Positions 33,174-43,276 of a DNA stretch of 64,000 nt are shown here, one piece after another (position 1 is the stretch's first letter; each line of letters starts with the position of its first letter). The position numbers were made by a program, and so were the translations under genes. Under the pieces are notes generated by a model, which searched no databases, was not told the origin of the DNA, and saw nothing but the letters and a program-made list of their open reading frames with translations. The DNA is taken from the NCBI GenBank assembly GCA_030426805.1, contig JAUHXU010000003.1, positions 1,027,220-1,091,219 on the forward strand. The letters are read 5' to 3'. The stretch comes from a bacterium (GTDB lineage: Bacteria > Planctomycetota > JAFGQW01).

Positions 33174-33980
33174 ATGGCGAGACGAAGCTGGGAGGAGCAC
33201 TACGAAGACGCCGGGGACGACGTTCATTATGGCGGCTACGCAGAGGTTCGGAGAGTACGTCGGAAGAGCGACGGCCGCGTGTTTGCCCTGAAGGTCGGGT
33301 TTGAGCGCAGCGAGGAGCAGAAGGAGCGAAACCGGCGAGAGCACCGAATCCTCGATCGGCTGGCTGCCGCGGCTGCGGACCAGAAGCAGGCTAACGCGCT
33401 CTTGCTTCCTGTGGACGCGTGTAAGGAAGGCCTGTGGATGGTGCTCCCGTGGGCAGGTGAGTCGCTCAGGGCGTACAGTCGGACGAGAAAGCACACAGGT
33501 GCGTGGAAACCGATCGACCAGCGCGAGGTGCTGGACTTGCTCGACAACTGCGCGCAGGGACTCGGGCTCGCGCATGAGCATGGGATTGTTCATCGTGACG
33601 TCTCGTGGCAGAACGTGCTGCGTATCTCGGACCGACCGGGTGTGCGGTGGATCGTCTGCGACTGGGGCGTTGCCTTGGATCGTGAGATCGCATTACCACC
33701 GATGACAAGAGTTGCGGTCGGCACCGATGGATTCGTGTCTCCCCAGCAACAGCATGACGCGCATGATGCCAAGGCCGCTGATGACGTCTTTGGTCTGGGG
33801 CGCGTCGCATACTACGCGCTTAGCGGACGCAGGCTCGACACCGGTGCACCGGGGCTGTCCGGCGACCTCGGGCGGCTCGGGACGCTGGTCCGGGCGATGG
33901 TCGAACCGGATCGGAAACACCGCATTCAGAGCATGACAACCGTTCGTGCGAGAGCGCGGAAACTGCGGGGCGGTGCATGA
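33174..33980 (+). CDS. Atypical Hanks-type protein kinase-like protein (268 aa)
   Basis: YGGYAEVRRV (G-loop-like), VFALK, GIVHRDVSWQNVL (HRD kept, catalytic-loop Lys replaced by Ser), DWG in place of DFG, no APE. GGAG lies 5 nt upstream. The gap to the upstream gene is 2 nt. Confidence 0.75.
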   Translation: MARRSWEEHYEDAGDDVHYGGYAEVRRVRRKSDGRVFALKVGFERSEEQKERNRREHRILDRLAAAAADQKQANALLLPVDACKEGLWMVLPWAGESLRAYSRTRKHTGAWKPIDQREVLDLLDNCAQGLGLAHEHGIVHRDVSWQNVLRISDRPGVRWIVCDWGVALDREIALPPMTRVAVGTDGFVSPQQQHDAHDAKAADDVFGLGRVAYYALSGRRLDTGAPGLSGDLGRLGTLVRAMVEPDRKHRIQSMTTVRARARKLRGGA

Positions 33981-34918
33981 ACATGAGGCTGCCGCTGATC
34001 GACCGGTTTTGGCCGAGTGTTGTGTATCGGTTGACCGGCCGTATCCCCTGGGATCGACTTCCGGGCGCCGACTTTGGGCCGGACGGACGGTTCCGGATCG
34101 TGTCGGTGATCGGTTCGGGTGGGTCCGGTCGCGTGTTTCGGGCGGTCGACTCGCACGACAACACGACGATTGCGCTCAAGATGGTCCGCGGCGATGCACG
34201 TCGCGGCACCCTCAACCAGAACCGTGTCTGCAGGGAGGCCAATATCTTCGGCCGCCTCTCCCACGAGAACATCGCAGTGGCACGTTCGATGGGGTGGGAC
34301 GTCGTACTTGGTCGCATTCTCGTCATCTACACGGAGTCCGAGTTCATCCCCGGATACGATCTCGAGCAACTCCTGCGCTCCAGCCGCGGCTCCTTGGACC
34401 TCAGTCTGGTCGCGCGGATTGCGCTTCAGGTTTGCTGCGCACTTGAGTATGTTCACGCCGAAGGTGTCATACACCGGGATCTGAAGCCGACGAACATCAT
34501 GATCCGCGTCGATCCGAACGACGGGTCGCAGGTCGTGAAGATCATCGACTTCGGCATCGCGCGGCACCTCGAGCAGCATTCCGGGCTGACTCGCCCTGGC
34601 GAGTGGGTCGGATCGCCCGGCTACTCGGCCCCCGAGCAACTCCGAGGAGAGTCGATCGACGAACGCGCGGATGTGTTCTCTTTCGGCGCCGTCCTCTACG
34701 AGCTGATCACGGGTCGCCACGCGTTTGACGGAAGTTCAGCAAGAGAGATCAACCGGGCAGTACGGGCTTCGAGAATGCGGCCGATCCGCGACGTTCGCGC
34801 CGGGGTTCCGCCGCAAGTCGAGCAGCTCGTCGAGAAGATGCTCGATCCGGATCGCGAGAAGCGTCCGTCGCTCGAAGAGGTGCGAAGCTGCTTGCAGACC
34901 AGCCTGCTTCGCCCGTAG
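33977..34918 (+). CDS. Canonical Hanks-type Ser/Thr protein kinase (313 aa, no extra domains)
   Basis: GSGGSGRVF, IALKMV, HRDLKPTNIM, IIDFGIA, GSPGYSAPE, DVFSFGAVLYELITG. An ATGA overlap links it to the preceding kinase-like gene. Confidence 0.9.
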   Translation: MNMRLPLIDRFWPSVVYRLTGRIPWDRLPGADFGPDGRFRIVSVIGSGGSGRVFRAVDSHDNTTIALKMVRGDARRGTLNQNRVCREANIFGRLSHENIAVARSMGWDVVLGRILVIYTESEFIPGYDLEQLLRSSRGSLDLSLVARIALQVCCALEYVHAEGVIHRDLKPTNIMIRVDPNDGSQVVKIIDFGIARHLEQHSGLTRPGEWVGSPGYSAPEQLRGESIDERADVFSFGAVLYELITGRHAFDGSSAREINRAVRASRMRPIRDVRAGVPPQVEQLVEKMLDPDREKRPSLEEVRSCLQTSLLRP

Positions 34919-34955
34919 GGCCGTGGCGACACCGGTAACATCGCGCGGAACCTGC

Positions 34956-36176
34956 CTATTTTGCGACACGCTCCAGGATTGCCGTCATCCGGCGCGCGAG
35001 GGTCGCTCGCGCGTAGCGGGGTGCGGCGTCCAGCGCCTGTTGTCGTAGCTCGGCGAGCCGAGCAGGCTGGGCGCACAGCTCCGTCACCGTGTCCGCCAGT
35101 GCTTGCGGGTCTTCGGGGGGGATGCACACGCCGGAGACGGTCTGCTCGACGATGCGCGTGGCTTCGCCGGTGGGGAGGCTCATCAGGATCGGGACGCCCA
35201 TGCCCATCGCCTCGAAGATCTTGGATGGGATGACGGTAGCGAAGAGGGGCGTGTCGCGGAGCGGCACGATCGTCAGGTCGCAGAGGCTCCACAGGCCGGG
35301 CATGCGTTCCTTGGGCTGGCGGGGAATCAGGCGGACATTCGTCAGGTTGCGCTCGGCGACGATCGACTCGACGCGCGCGCGCTCGGCGCCGGAGCCGGCG
35401 AAGAAGAACGCGATGTCGTCGCGCTCGCGCAGTAGTTCGGCGCCGGCGAGCACCTTATCGAGCGCGTGCGCCATCCCGTGCGTGCCCATGTAGCCCACGG
35501 TGAACTTGCCTTCGAGGTCGAACTCACGGGCCAGATCGGCATCGCGCTCGCGTGGGCCGTAGCGGGCGAGGTCCACGCCGTTGACGACGACGTGGATCTT
35601 GTCGCCGGGGATGCCGCGTTCGATCAGCTCGTCGCGAAACGAGTGCGTCACCGACACGATCGCCTTCGCCCGCCGGTAGAGGAACATTTCGATCCACTCG
35701 AGGATGAGGATCAGGAGGCTCTTCTTCATCGCGCCGACCGCGGTGATCGACGCGGGCCACAGGTCGCGCAACTCGAACACGAACGGCCGCCACTTCGCGA
35801 CCGACAGCGCCCAGCCACCGATCGCGCAGAAGAACTGTGGCGAGGTCGCCACCACGACGTCGGGTCGCCGCTCGAAGAGCCCCGCGAAGAACCCGGCGAC
35901 CATGAAGCTCATGTAGTCGAGCGTGCGCTTCACGAATCCCTCGTTCGCGGTGATGTAGGTCTTCACACGCACGACGCGGATGCCGTCGATCGTCTCCACC
36001 TGGCGCAGGCGGTTTCGGTAGCCGTCGAAGAGCTTGCCGTCGGGGAAGTTCGGCGCGCAGGTGACGACCGTGACCTCGTGGCCGTCGGCGATCCACTGGC
36101 GCGCGTGCTCGATCAGGCGCGTCGCCGGCGCGTTCACTTCCGGCGGGAAGTTGTCGGAGAGGAAGAGGATCCGCAT
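34956..36176 (-). CDS. GT4-family glycosyltransferase, WcaI-like
   Basis: MRILFLSDNFPPEVNAPATRLIEHARQW...VVTCAPNFPDG, and PSKIFEAMGMGVPIL. A TGATG overlap links it to the upstream heparinase-like gene. Confidence 0.85.
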   Translation of the reverse strand: MRILFLSDNFPPEVNAPATRLIEHARQWIADGHEVTVVTCAPNFPDGKLFDGYRNRLRQVETIDGIRVVRVKTYITANEGFVKRTLDYMSFMVAGFFAGLFERRPDVVVATSPQFFCAIGGWALSVAKWRPFVFELRDLWPASITAVGAMKKSLLILILEWIEMFLYRRAKAIVSVTHSFRDELIERGIPGDKIHVVVNGVDLARYGPRERDADLAREFDLEGKFTVGYMGTHGMAHALDKVLAGAELLRERDDIAFFFAGSGAERARVESIVAERNLTNVRLIPRQPKERMPGLWSLCDLTIVPLRDTPLFATVIPSKIFEAMGMGVPILMSLPTGEATRIVEQTVSGVCIPPEDPQALADTVTELCAQPARLAELRQQALDAAPRYARATLARRMTAILERVAK

Positions 36177-37792
36177 CAGCGTTCGTCCCACGCGAACGTC
36201 GTCATGATCTTGTCACCGGCGAACGCGATCTCGATCACGCGGTTGTCGACGGAGTGGCCGAAGCGCGGGTGCCAGGTGCTCGGGAGCACACGGCACGTCG
36301 ATGCGCCCTCGGCGCGCCAACGAATCGCTGCTTCGCCCACCCGAATCGCGCCGCTGCGCTCGTCGTCGATCGTGACCGCGCAGTCCGGGTGGACGTGGAA
36401 GCGGGCAACCGCGGTGTCGAACGAGCGTTCGATGCGATCGATCACGCGGAGCATGCCAGGCTCCAGGTCACACCAGCGGCGGTGGATCGGACTGCCGGCG
36501 AGTCGCTCGTAGCCGTCGTGCGCGGCCTTGACGGTCGTGGGCGTGACCTCGACGTCGCGCGGTATCGCGCGTCGCGCGCACCGAAAGCCGGCCCACACTT
36601 CCGAGGAGTCGGCGTCGTCGATCGTCACCGTGTTGTGCGCCGCCGTCCCGCGCTGGCGTGCGCGCTCCGGACTCACCCCGTAGGTCGACGTGCCCGTGTT
36701 CACGAGCACCCGCCGCTCGTCGAGCGAGAACTCGAAGCTCAGCGTGTCGGCGTGGGCGTGGCCGGGTTGGTAGGTCGGACCGACCTCGCCGACGTCGACG
36801 ATCGCGACTGCCCTCGGCACCTCGATCCGCGCGTATCCGGTATCGGCCAGCCAATGGGTGGCCGGGGCCGTGTCGACGCCGACGGACTCGGCGTAGGCGT
36901 GGATTGCGGCCGGCGCCGGCGCGATTCCGAATGCGGCGTCGTTGAAGAACGAGATCTCGCCGTCGGGGTGGGTCATCGCGGTAAGCCACCCACGCGCGCG
37001 TTCGGCGACCTCACGCCACAGCGTCACGTCCTTGGGGTCGTGGAGGTCGGGATACAAGGCTGCCAGCTGGACGAGGTCCACGAGGTCCTCGAGCAGGATC
37101 GAGTGATACATCGGACTGCGTTCGAAGTGACCGCCGTCGGTGAGGAATTGCTCGGGGATCTCGTTGCGGAGCAGCGCCGTGCCCAGGCGGCGCCACTCGT
37201 CTGCGCGCGGACCGACGAGGAACGAGCCGGCGAAGACGAGCGCCTTCGCGTTCGCCCAGAGGTGGTTGGCGAGGAGGTGATACTCGAGGCGTCGGGAGAG
37301 CCAGTCGGCTTGGGTCGCGAGGCTGTCCGTGGCGCCGTCGGGAAGCGTGTTTCCCGCGAGCGCCCACTTCACCCAGTTTACGATCCGCAGCGACGTCGGG
37401 TAGGGCTCCCAGCCGTTGCCGCGCGGCGCGGGGTTCTCGGCGATCCATCGTGTGATGAGCGCTTCGTGCCACGCGTGGCGTGAGGTGGCACCGTCGGCAA
37501 CGAGATCGTCGAAGTAGTGGGCGTTGTAGAGCCAGAGCTTGGGCCAGTCGCTTCGGTTCCAGTCCGCTCGCGTGGCGATGTCTCGCTCGACGTCGAGGAA
37601 GCGGAACGTGGTAGCACCCGTCAGCGTCGGTGTGCGAGCGCACGATTGCCACTTCGAGACGGCCGATCGACGCGTCATTCCCGATACGACACGCGCGCGT
37701 GGTTTGAACGCTCGGAACCGCACGCGCCAGATGAGCTGGCCGGGTCGTAGCGGTCGCAGGGTGTGCCAGAGGCGCCGGGTTCGGGAGAGCAT
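36176..37792 (-). CDS. Heparinase II/III-family protein
   Basis: ATG at 37792 (MLSRTRRLWHTLRPLRPGQL). YNAHYFDDL, WEPYPTSLRIVNWVKW, LANHLWANAKAL, GGHFERSPMYH, GHAHADTLSFE. The 140 upstream codons of the track ORF were rejected. Confidence 0.85.
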   Translation of the reverse strand: MLSRTRRLWHTLRPLRPGQLIWRVRFRAFKPRARVVSGMTRRSAVSKWQSCARTPTLTGATTFRFLDVERDIATRADWNRSDWPKLWLYNAHYFDDLVADGATSRHAWHEALITRWIAENPAPRGNGWEPYPTSLRIVNWVKWALAGNTLPDGATDSLATQADWLSRRLEYHLLANHLWANAKALVFAGSFLVGPRADEWRRLGTALLRNEIPEQFLTDGGHFERSPMYHSILLEDLVDLVQLAALYPDLHDPKDVTLWREVAERARGWLTAMTHPDGEISFFNDAAFGIAPAPAAIHAYAESVGVDTAPATHWLADTGYARIEVPRAVAIVDVGEVGPTYQPGHAHADTLSFEFSLDERRVLVNTGTSTYGVSPERARQRGTAAHNTVTIDDADSSEVWAGFRCARRAIPRDVEVTPTTVKAAHDGYERLAGSPIHRRWCDLEPGMLRVIDRIERSFDTAVARFHVHPDCAVTIDDERSGAIRVGEAAIRWRAEGASTCRVLPSTWHPRFGHSVDNRVIEIAFAGDKIMTTFAWDER

Positions 37793-37955
37793 CGAGACCG
37801 GACCACACGAAAAGGACTCAGGATCTTGTCTGGCACCGCCGTACGCGTAGGATAAGCAAAGAGATGGGTGCGAAACAAGGCGACGATTCCTCGCCCAGCG
37901 ACCCGGCGCACGATTGTCATCCGGCCACTTCGAGATCCCGAGAGCCCACCGTCCG

Positions 37956-40079
37956 ATGAAGCAAGTGTTGCAGAACCTCCGCAACGGCGAGACGTCGTTG
38001 ACCACGGTTCCGGTGCCCGGGGTTTCGCGCAAGGGTGTGCTCGTGCAGACGCGGCGCACGCTGATCTCGGCGGGCACCGAGAAAATGCTCGTCGAGTTCG
38101 GGCAGGCGTCGTTCATCGGCAAGGCGCGCGCGCAGCCCGAGAAAGTGAAGCAGGTCCTCGACAAGATCCGTACCGACGGTTTGCTGCCCACTCTCGAGAC
38201 GGTCTTCAGCAAGTTGAACGAGCCGCTGCCGCTCGGCTACTGCAACGCAGGCGTCGTGGCCGAGGTCGGGGCAGACGTGCATGGGCTGAGCGTGGGCGAT
38301 CGCGTGATCTCCAACGGTGCGCACGCGGAGTTCGTGAGCGTCCCGGAGATGCTGTGCGCGAAGATCCCCGACGGGGTGACCGACGAGCAAGCAGCGTTCA
38401 CCGTGCTCGCGAGCATCGGGTTGCAGGGTGTGCGACTGGTCGCACCGACGCTGGGCGAGACGGTCGTCGTGTTCGGGGCCGGGTTGATCGGGCTGCTCAC
38501 CGTGCAGCTTCTGCTCGCGAACGGGTGTCGCGTTGTCGCGATCGACATCAACGAAAAGCGACTCGCATTGGCGAGGGCGTTCGGTGCCGAGACGATCAAC
38601 GGGGCCGCGAGCGCCGATCCGGTGACCGGGGTCATGTCCATCACCGGTGGCCAGGGCGCCGATGCGGTGTTGATCACCGCCTCCACAAAGTCGAGCGACT
38701 TGATGCACCAGGCCGCGCAGATGTCGCGACGGCGCGGGCGAATCGTGCTCGTCGGTGTGGTCGGGCTGGAGCTGCTCCGGAGCGACTTCTACGAGAAAGA
38801 GCTGACGTTTCAGGTGTCGTGCTCCTACGGGCCGGGGCGGTACGACGACCGCTACGAGCAGCAGGGGCAGGACTATCCGCTCGGCTTCGTCCGTTGGACG
38901 GAACAGCGGAACTTCGAGGCCGTGCTGCAGATGCTCGCGACGAAGCGGCTCGACGTGGACTCGCTCGTGACGGACCGGTTCCCGTTCGACCGTGCGCAGG
39001 AAGCGTACGCGAAGGTGCAGTCGGACAAGTCGGCGCTGGGCGTCGTCCTCGAGTACTCCGACGCGCCCGAGCGCGCGGACACGATCGAGATCGCGACCGG
39101 GCCGAAGAAGGTCGTGACCGGGAAACCGGTCGTCGCGTTGATCGGCGCCGGGAGCTTTGCGCGGTCGGTCCTCGGCCCAGGGCTCGCGAAGTGCGACGCG
39201 CGGCTCAAGTACGTTACGGCGCGCACGAATGCTGCAGCGGCGCAGCACCTCGCGACGAAGTGCGGCTTCGAGATCGCGACGACGAACCTCGACCAGGTGC
39301 TGGACGACCCCGAGGTGGACGTCGTGTTCATCGCGACGCGCCACGATACTCACGCGCCGCTCACGATCCGTGCGATGGAGGCCGGCAAGCACGTCTTCTG
39401 CGAGAAGCCGATGGCGATCAACGAGGAGCAACTCGCCGAGGTCGTCGCGTGCTGCGAGAAGCACCCCGAGCTGCACTACATGGTGGGCTTCAATCGTCGA
39501 TACAGCCCCCACACGAAGTTCGTCGAGAAGCTACTCGAAGGCCGCCGCGAACCGCTCGCGATGCAGTACACGATCAACGCCGGCGCGATCCCGAAAGACA
39601 CTTGGTACCAGGATCCGGCAACCGGTGGCGGCCGCATCATCGGCGAGGCCTGCCACTTCATCGACCTCCTCGCCTACTTCGCCAAGAGCCCGATCACGAC
39701 GGTGAAGTCGGTCATGATGGGCGAAGGCGTCGAGGTCCGCGATGACAAGATGTGCATCATCCTCGGGTTTGAGGATGGGTCGATCGGCTCGGTGAACTAC
39801 TTTGCGAACGGGGCGAAGTCGTACCCGAAGGAGCGGGTGGAGGTGTACAGCGAGGGTCGGGTGATTGTGATTGATAACTTCAAAGCAGCACGTTGCTTTG
39901 GTGCTTCGCGTTCGAGCCGGCGAACAGCGAACCTGGACAAGGGGCACGTGCGCATGATCCGAGAGCTAATGACGGCAATCTCGAGTGAGGGGCCTTGGTT
40001 GGGAACCGGCCAGCTTGAGAATGTCACGACAGTTAGCCTACTCGCGAAGCAAGTTGATCCGCTCAACGGCGCGGAGTGA
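37956..40079 (+). CDS. Bi-domain oxidoreductase (zinc-type alcohol dehydrogenase-like + Gfo/Idh/MocA)
   Basis: ATG at 37956. GYCNAGVVAEVG and VVVFGAGLIGLL belong to the MDR part. VALIGAGSFAR and EKPMAINEEQL belong to the Gfo/Idh/MocA part. Its usual partner is the heparinase II/III gene. The last ~80 codons are low-GC. Confidence 0.85.
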   Translation: MKQVLQNLRNGETSLTTVPVPGVSRKGVLVQTRRTLISAGTEKMLVEFGQASFIGKARAQPEKVKQVLDKIRTDGLLPTLETVFSKLNEPLPLGYCNAGVVAEVGADVHGLSVGDRVISNGAHAEFVSVPEMLCAKIPDGVTDEQAAFTVLASIGLQGVRLVAPTLGETVVVFGAGLIGLLTVQLLLANGCRVVAIDINEKRLALARAFGAETINGAASADPVTGVMSITGGQGADAVLITASTKSSDLMHQAAQMSRRRGRIVLVGVVGLELLRSDFYEKELTFQVSCSYGPGRYDDRYEQQGQDYPLGFVRWTEQRNFEAVLQMLATKRLDVDSLVTDRFPFDRAQEAYAKVQSDKSALGVVLEYSDAPERADTIEIATGPKKVVTGKPVVALIGAGSFARSVLGPGLAKCDARLKYVTARTNAAAAQHLATKCGFEIATTNLDQVLDDPEVDVVFIATRHDTHAPLTIRAMEAGKHVFCEKPMAINEEQLAEVVACCEKHPELHYMVGFNRRYSPHTKFVEKLLEGRREPLAMQYTINAGAIPKDTWYQDPATGGGRIIGEACHFIDLLAYFAKSPITTVKSVMMGEGVEVRDDKMCIILGFEDGSIGSVNYFANGAKSYPKERVEVYSEGRVIVIDNFKAARCFGASRSSRRTANLDKGHVRMIRELMTAISSEGPWLGTGQLENVTTVSLLAKQVDPLNGAE

Positions 40080-41732
40080 CCCTGCGTAGTTGCTCGCGAG
40101 CACGTGATCCGCAAGAAACGACCAGAAGGTCTCCCGTCCGGCGAAACGCGCTGCGAAGTACTGACGGTCGAATGCTCCGAACCAACGCAGAGGGTGCTCG
40201 TCGTATAGCCTTCGTCGTTTCCAAGGGTCGTACAGTCGCCGACTAACGCTACGAAGAGCGGGTCGTTTCAGCAAGAAACCACGGACCTGCCCTATCAGCC
40301 CACTCCGTTCAGTGCTCCGTGCGAGGCGCAGGGGTTCCGCTGCGACCTGCGCGTACTCGCTCACCGCTACGCGCGTGTACAGCGCAGTGTCTATCCGCTC
40401 TGCGCACGGGATCTGAGCCCAGAGATCGACGAAGCTTCGATCAAAGAGGGGTAGCCACCAGTCAAGTCCGTAGTACTCGTAGGCTCGCACCGAGTTTACG
40501 ATGAACTTCGCTTGCCTCTCTCGCAAGTCCCAATCGTCGTGGTTGGCTATCGCTTGTATCTCTGTTATTTCGTCGTTCCACGCGACCTGCTCGCGCAGAC
40601 GATCGCAGAAAGCACTCCAGGCCGCATCGGAGCATCTCTCATGGGGCCACAGTTTCGCATGTCGATTCAGGAGGAGGCGCAGGAGCGCCGTCGAGGACGT
40701 CTGCTTCGTGCCTAGTAGTGGGCGCAAGATATGGCTGCCTGCTATGAAGTCCCCTGAGTGGCCTGGTGCCATCACCGCGTTCTGCTGGATGATGCCAGTC
40801 TTGATTAGGTGCTGAACCGCAATGGCGTCTTGTACATGTGGCAGTGAAACACCTTGGTGCATGTGCGAAAGGAGTGCATCGGTCCCGGTTGAGTTGATCC
40901 ACTGCGACCACATTTCGGGAGAGTAGCGAACGAAGTGCCATGGAGTCGCGAGAGCCCGAGCCACACGACAACTTACGGTCGCTTCGGCGCTGCTCTGTGT
41001 GCCGTATGTGAAACCCAAGGTGTTTGCAATGCCTGCGCGGCGCAGCATCGCGAGAATCAGCCGGGAGTCGAGGCCGCCGCTTAGAGGCACGACGATCTGC
41101 CGCCCATCCGCGTAACGGATGAGACGATCTACCGATCCGCGGATGACCTCGCGCAACCGTTCTTCGCGCTCAGCGCGCGTAGGCGGTACGGAGGCCTCGA
41201 GGCTGGGACGAAACTCAACATAACGGTGACGCTGCACGCCGCGTCTTACGTCGACATCCGCAACGTGGCCGGCAGGTACTTGCGAGACGAGAGGGTCCAT
41301 CGTGTCAGGACCGGTCACGTAGCCGCACAATAGGAACCCCACAGTCGCGGACTCGGATGGGGACGCTGCTCGGCTCTCTGGTCGGGCGCCGTCCCAATCT
41401 GCCGATACGATCATGTCTTGATCAACGTTGCCGATGAACAGCGGAATCGTGCGAACATGATCGACCGCGACCCAACAGCGCGACTTGGAGCGTCTGACGA
41501 TGATCGCGAAAGAACCGTTCAGCTGGCGAATGAACGACACAAATCCGTCGAATGAAGTCGAGGCGTGATTCGCGGCCGCCGCCAACTGCTTGGCACGGAG
41601 GAGGCCGTCGGGGCCGAAGGCCGCTCCTCGAGCGCTTGCTTGCTCGTGATTTACCCACGCATCGTTCTTCGAGAGTCGTACGATCACAACGCCCACGTCT
41701 TGCTTGCGACTATCTCGCATGGCCTGCTCCAC
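40038..41732 (-). CDS. Asparagine-synthase-family (WbpG-like) amidotransferase lacking the N-terminal Cys nucleophile
   Basis: PP-loop VPLSGGLDSRLILAMLRRAG. No MCG start. It overlaps the convergent oxidoreductase 3' end by 42 nt. Confidence 0.8.
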   Translation of the reverse strand: MEQAMRDSRKQDVGVVIVRLSKNDAWVNHEQASARGAAFGPDGLLRAKQLAAAANHASTSFDGFVSFIRQLNGSFAIIVRRSKSRCWVAVDHVRTIPLFIGNVDQDMIVSADWDGARPESRAASPSESATVGFLLCGYVTGPDTMDPLVSQVPAGHVADVDVRRGVQRHRYVEFRPSLEASVPPTRAEREERLREVIRGSVDRLIRYADGRQIVVPLSGGLDSRLILAMLRRAGIANTLGFTYGTQSSAEATVSCRVARALATPWHFVRYSPEMWSQWINSTGTDALLSHMHQGVSLPHVQDAIAVQHLIKTGIIQQNAVMAPGHSGDFIAGSHILRPLLGTKQTSSTALLRLLLNRHAKLWPHERCSDAAWSAFCDRLREQVAWNDEITEIQAIANHDDWDLRERQAKFIVNSVRAYEYYGLDWWLPLFDRSFVDLWAQIPCAERIDTALYTRVAVSEYAQVAAEPLRLARSTERSGLIGQVRGFLLKRPALRSVSRRLYDPWKRRRLYDEHPLRWFGAFDRQYFAARFAGRETFWSFLADHVLASNYAGSLRAVERINLLRE

Positions 41733-43023
41733 TCACTTGATCGCCGGGTGATGCGAAGATGACGCGCGGGTGCTGCGTGAGTCGGCCGGGCGAACCAAGT
41801 CGCCCTCCATGGTCTGGCTTGGGCTTCAGCACGGAGTCGGGTGTCTGTGCGCTCAGGATGCCACAGCAAAACCACCACACTGCTGAAACCTGAAAGGAGC
41901 CGATGAGGATATTCGGCTCGAACATGGATAGGGCTACCCCCGCGCCCACTGTCACGATCGGGAGGCCGCGCTCACGGCTTCGTTGGGTGTGGAGCAGCGT
42001 TCGCATACGCCGAACGAGCAGCAGGACGATGAGCAACAGAAACGACAGGGGGTAGGCGACTCCAAACTCAAGTCCCGTGCGAAGCCAAACGTTGTGGACG
42101 TCCGCGTAGATAAAGCCGTGATCGCGAAGATCGACCTGATCGACTCCATAGCCGAGCGCGGGGCGCTCTATGAGCATTTCAAGGGCCACCGCGTAGCCAG
42201 TCGTGCGGCCGGCACTCCACGCATCGATGTTGTAGCTGTCCCAGCCACCTTCCAGTCGCTCAAGACGCAGGGTTTCCGGCGAGAACGCGACTACGGCAGC
42301 TAGTATTGACAAGGCCGAGACGATCGAGATAACGAACCACCGCCGCGTGCTTCGAGTCCAAGCTCCAGCGGCCAAGCCGGCTGTGGCGACGACGATCCCA
42401 GCGCGACCAGCGCATGCGACGCAACCGGAAAGGAGGAGGAGGCCCAGGACAGCAGGCAGGTATGTGGTGCCGCGGCGAAGAAAGTAGACACCAGGCAGCA
42501 ATAAAGCAATCGCGTTTGACCAACCGGTTCGGCCGGCACCGAAGCCTGTCTGGTACAGCTGAAGTTCGGGCCGAAAGGGCGATCGCCAGTCAGGGTGGCC
42601 GCTGTACCACTGCGCTAGTTGCACGAGAACTCCAGCACTCATCACAATCGCCGCCGTTGCTAGAGCACGATCGAGCTGGTCTCGACCAGTGCTGGCGACC
42701 CAGAACCCGGCCCAAGCGAACAGAAACCCAAAGAGGACATCGATCGTGGCCTCCGCCGCAGCGGCGCCTGATTCTGCCTGAAGATATCCTGGAGAACCGA
42801 TCACGAGTAGAGCGATCAGCCCGGCCGGCCCAAACGGTCCACGGGGTAGGCGGATGCACCCGTGCGCCTTCCGATACACATGTGCCGCCAGTCCGATCGC
42901 TGCCGCCGCCCACACGTACTTGACTGACCGCCAGCCAGCATCCGACATCAGGGGGATCCAGTAGAACGGTGCCGCGCCGAGATAGGCGCCAACTACGATC
43001 GTCTGGACGTGCCGTGTGTTCAT
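41710..43023 (-). CDS. O-antigen polymerase/ligase-family (Wzy_C) membrane protein
   Basis: About 10 hydrophobic segments. It carries the ADVHNVWLRTGLEFGVAYPLSFLLL motif. GC is low. Confidence 0.75.
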   Translation of the reverse strand: MNTRHVQTIVVGAYLGAAPFYWIPLMSDAGWRSVKYVWAAAAIGLAAHVYRKAHGCIRLPRGPFGPAGLIALLVIGSPGYLQAESGAAAAEATIDVLFGFLFAWAGFWVASTGRDQLDRALATAAIVMSAGVLVQLAQWYSGHPDWRSPFRPELQLYQTGFGAGRTGWSNAIALLLPGVYFLRRGTTYLPAVLGLLLLSGCVACAGRAGIVVATAGLAAGAWTRSTRRWFVISIVSALSILAAVVAFSPETLRLERLEGGWDSYNIDAWSAGRTTGYAVALEMLIERPALGYGVDQVDLRDHGFIYADVHNVWLRTGLEFGVAYPLSFLLLIVLLLVRRMRTLLHTQRSRERGLPIVTVGAGVALSMFEPNILIGSFQVSAVWWFCCGILSAQTPDSVLKPKPDHGGRLGSPGRLTQHPRVIFASPGDQVSGAGHAR

Positions 43024-43276
43024 CGAGACACTACTTCGCGTGGTAGCCTACCACCGGTGTAGCAGAAGCTCAGGGACTCAGAGCGCGCGCTCGTGATCCT
43101 GAGGAAACGGGCCGACTCAGTCAAGCGGGCAACTCCGTGTCGTGGAGCTGGGCCAGTTTGATACTCGCGAGCGTTTGTGAAAGAGGGACCAGAGCTGTGA
43201 GATTCGTCTGGCGCGGCTCCGGGGCCGGTGTGGTATATCGAACGGGAACGGAACCTCGGCAGCCCGCACGGCACGC

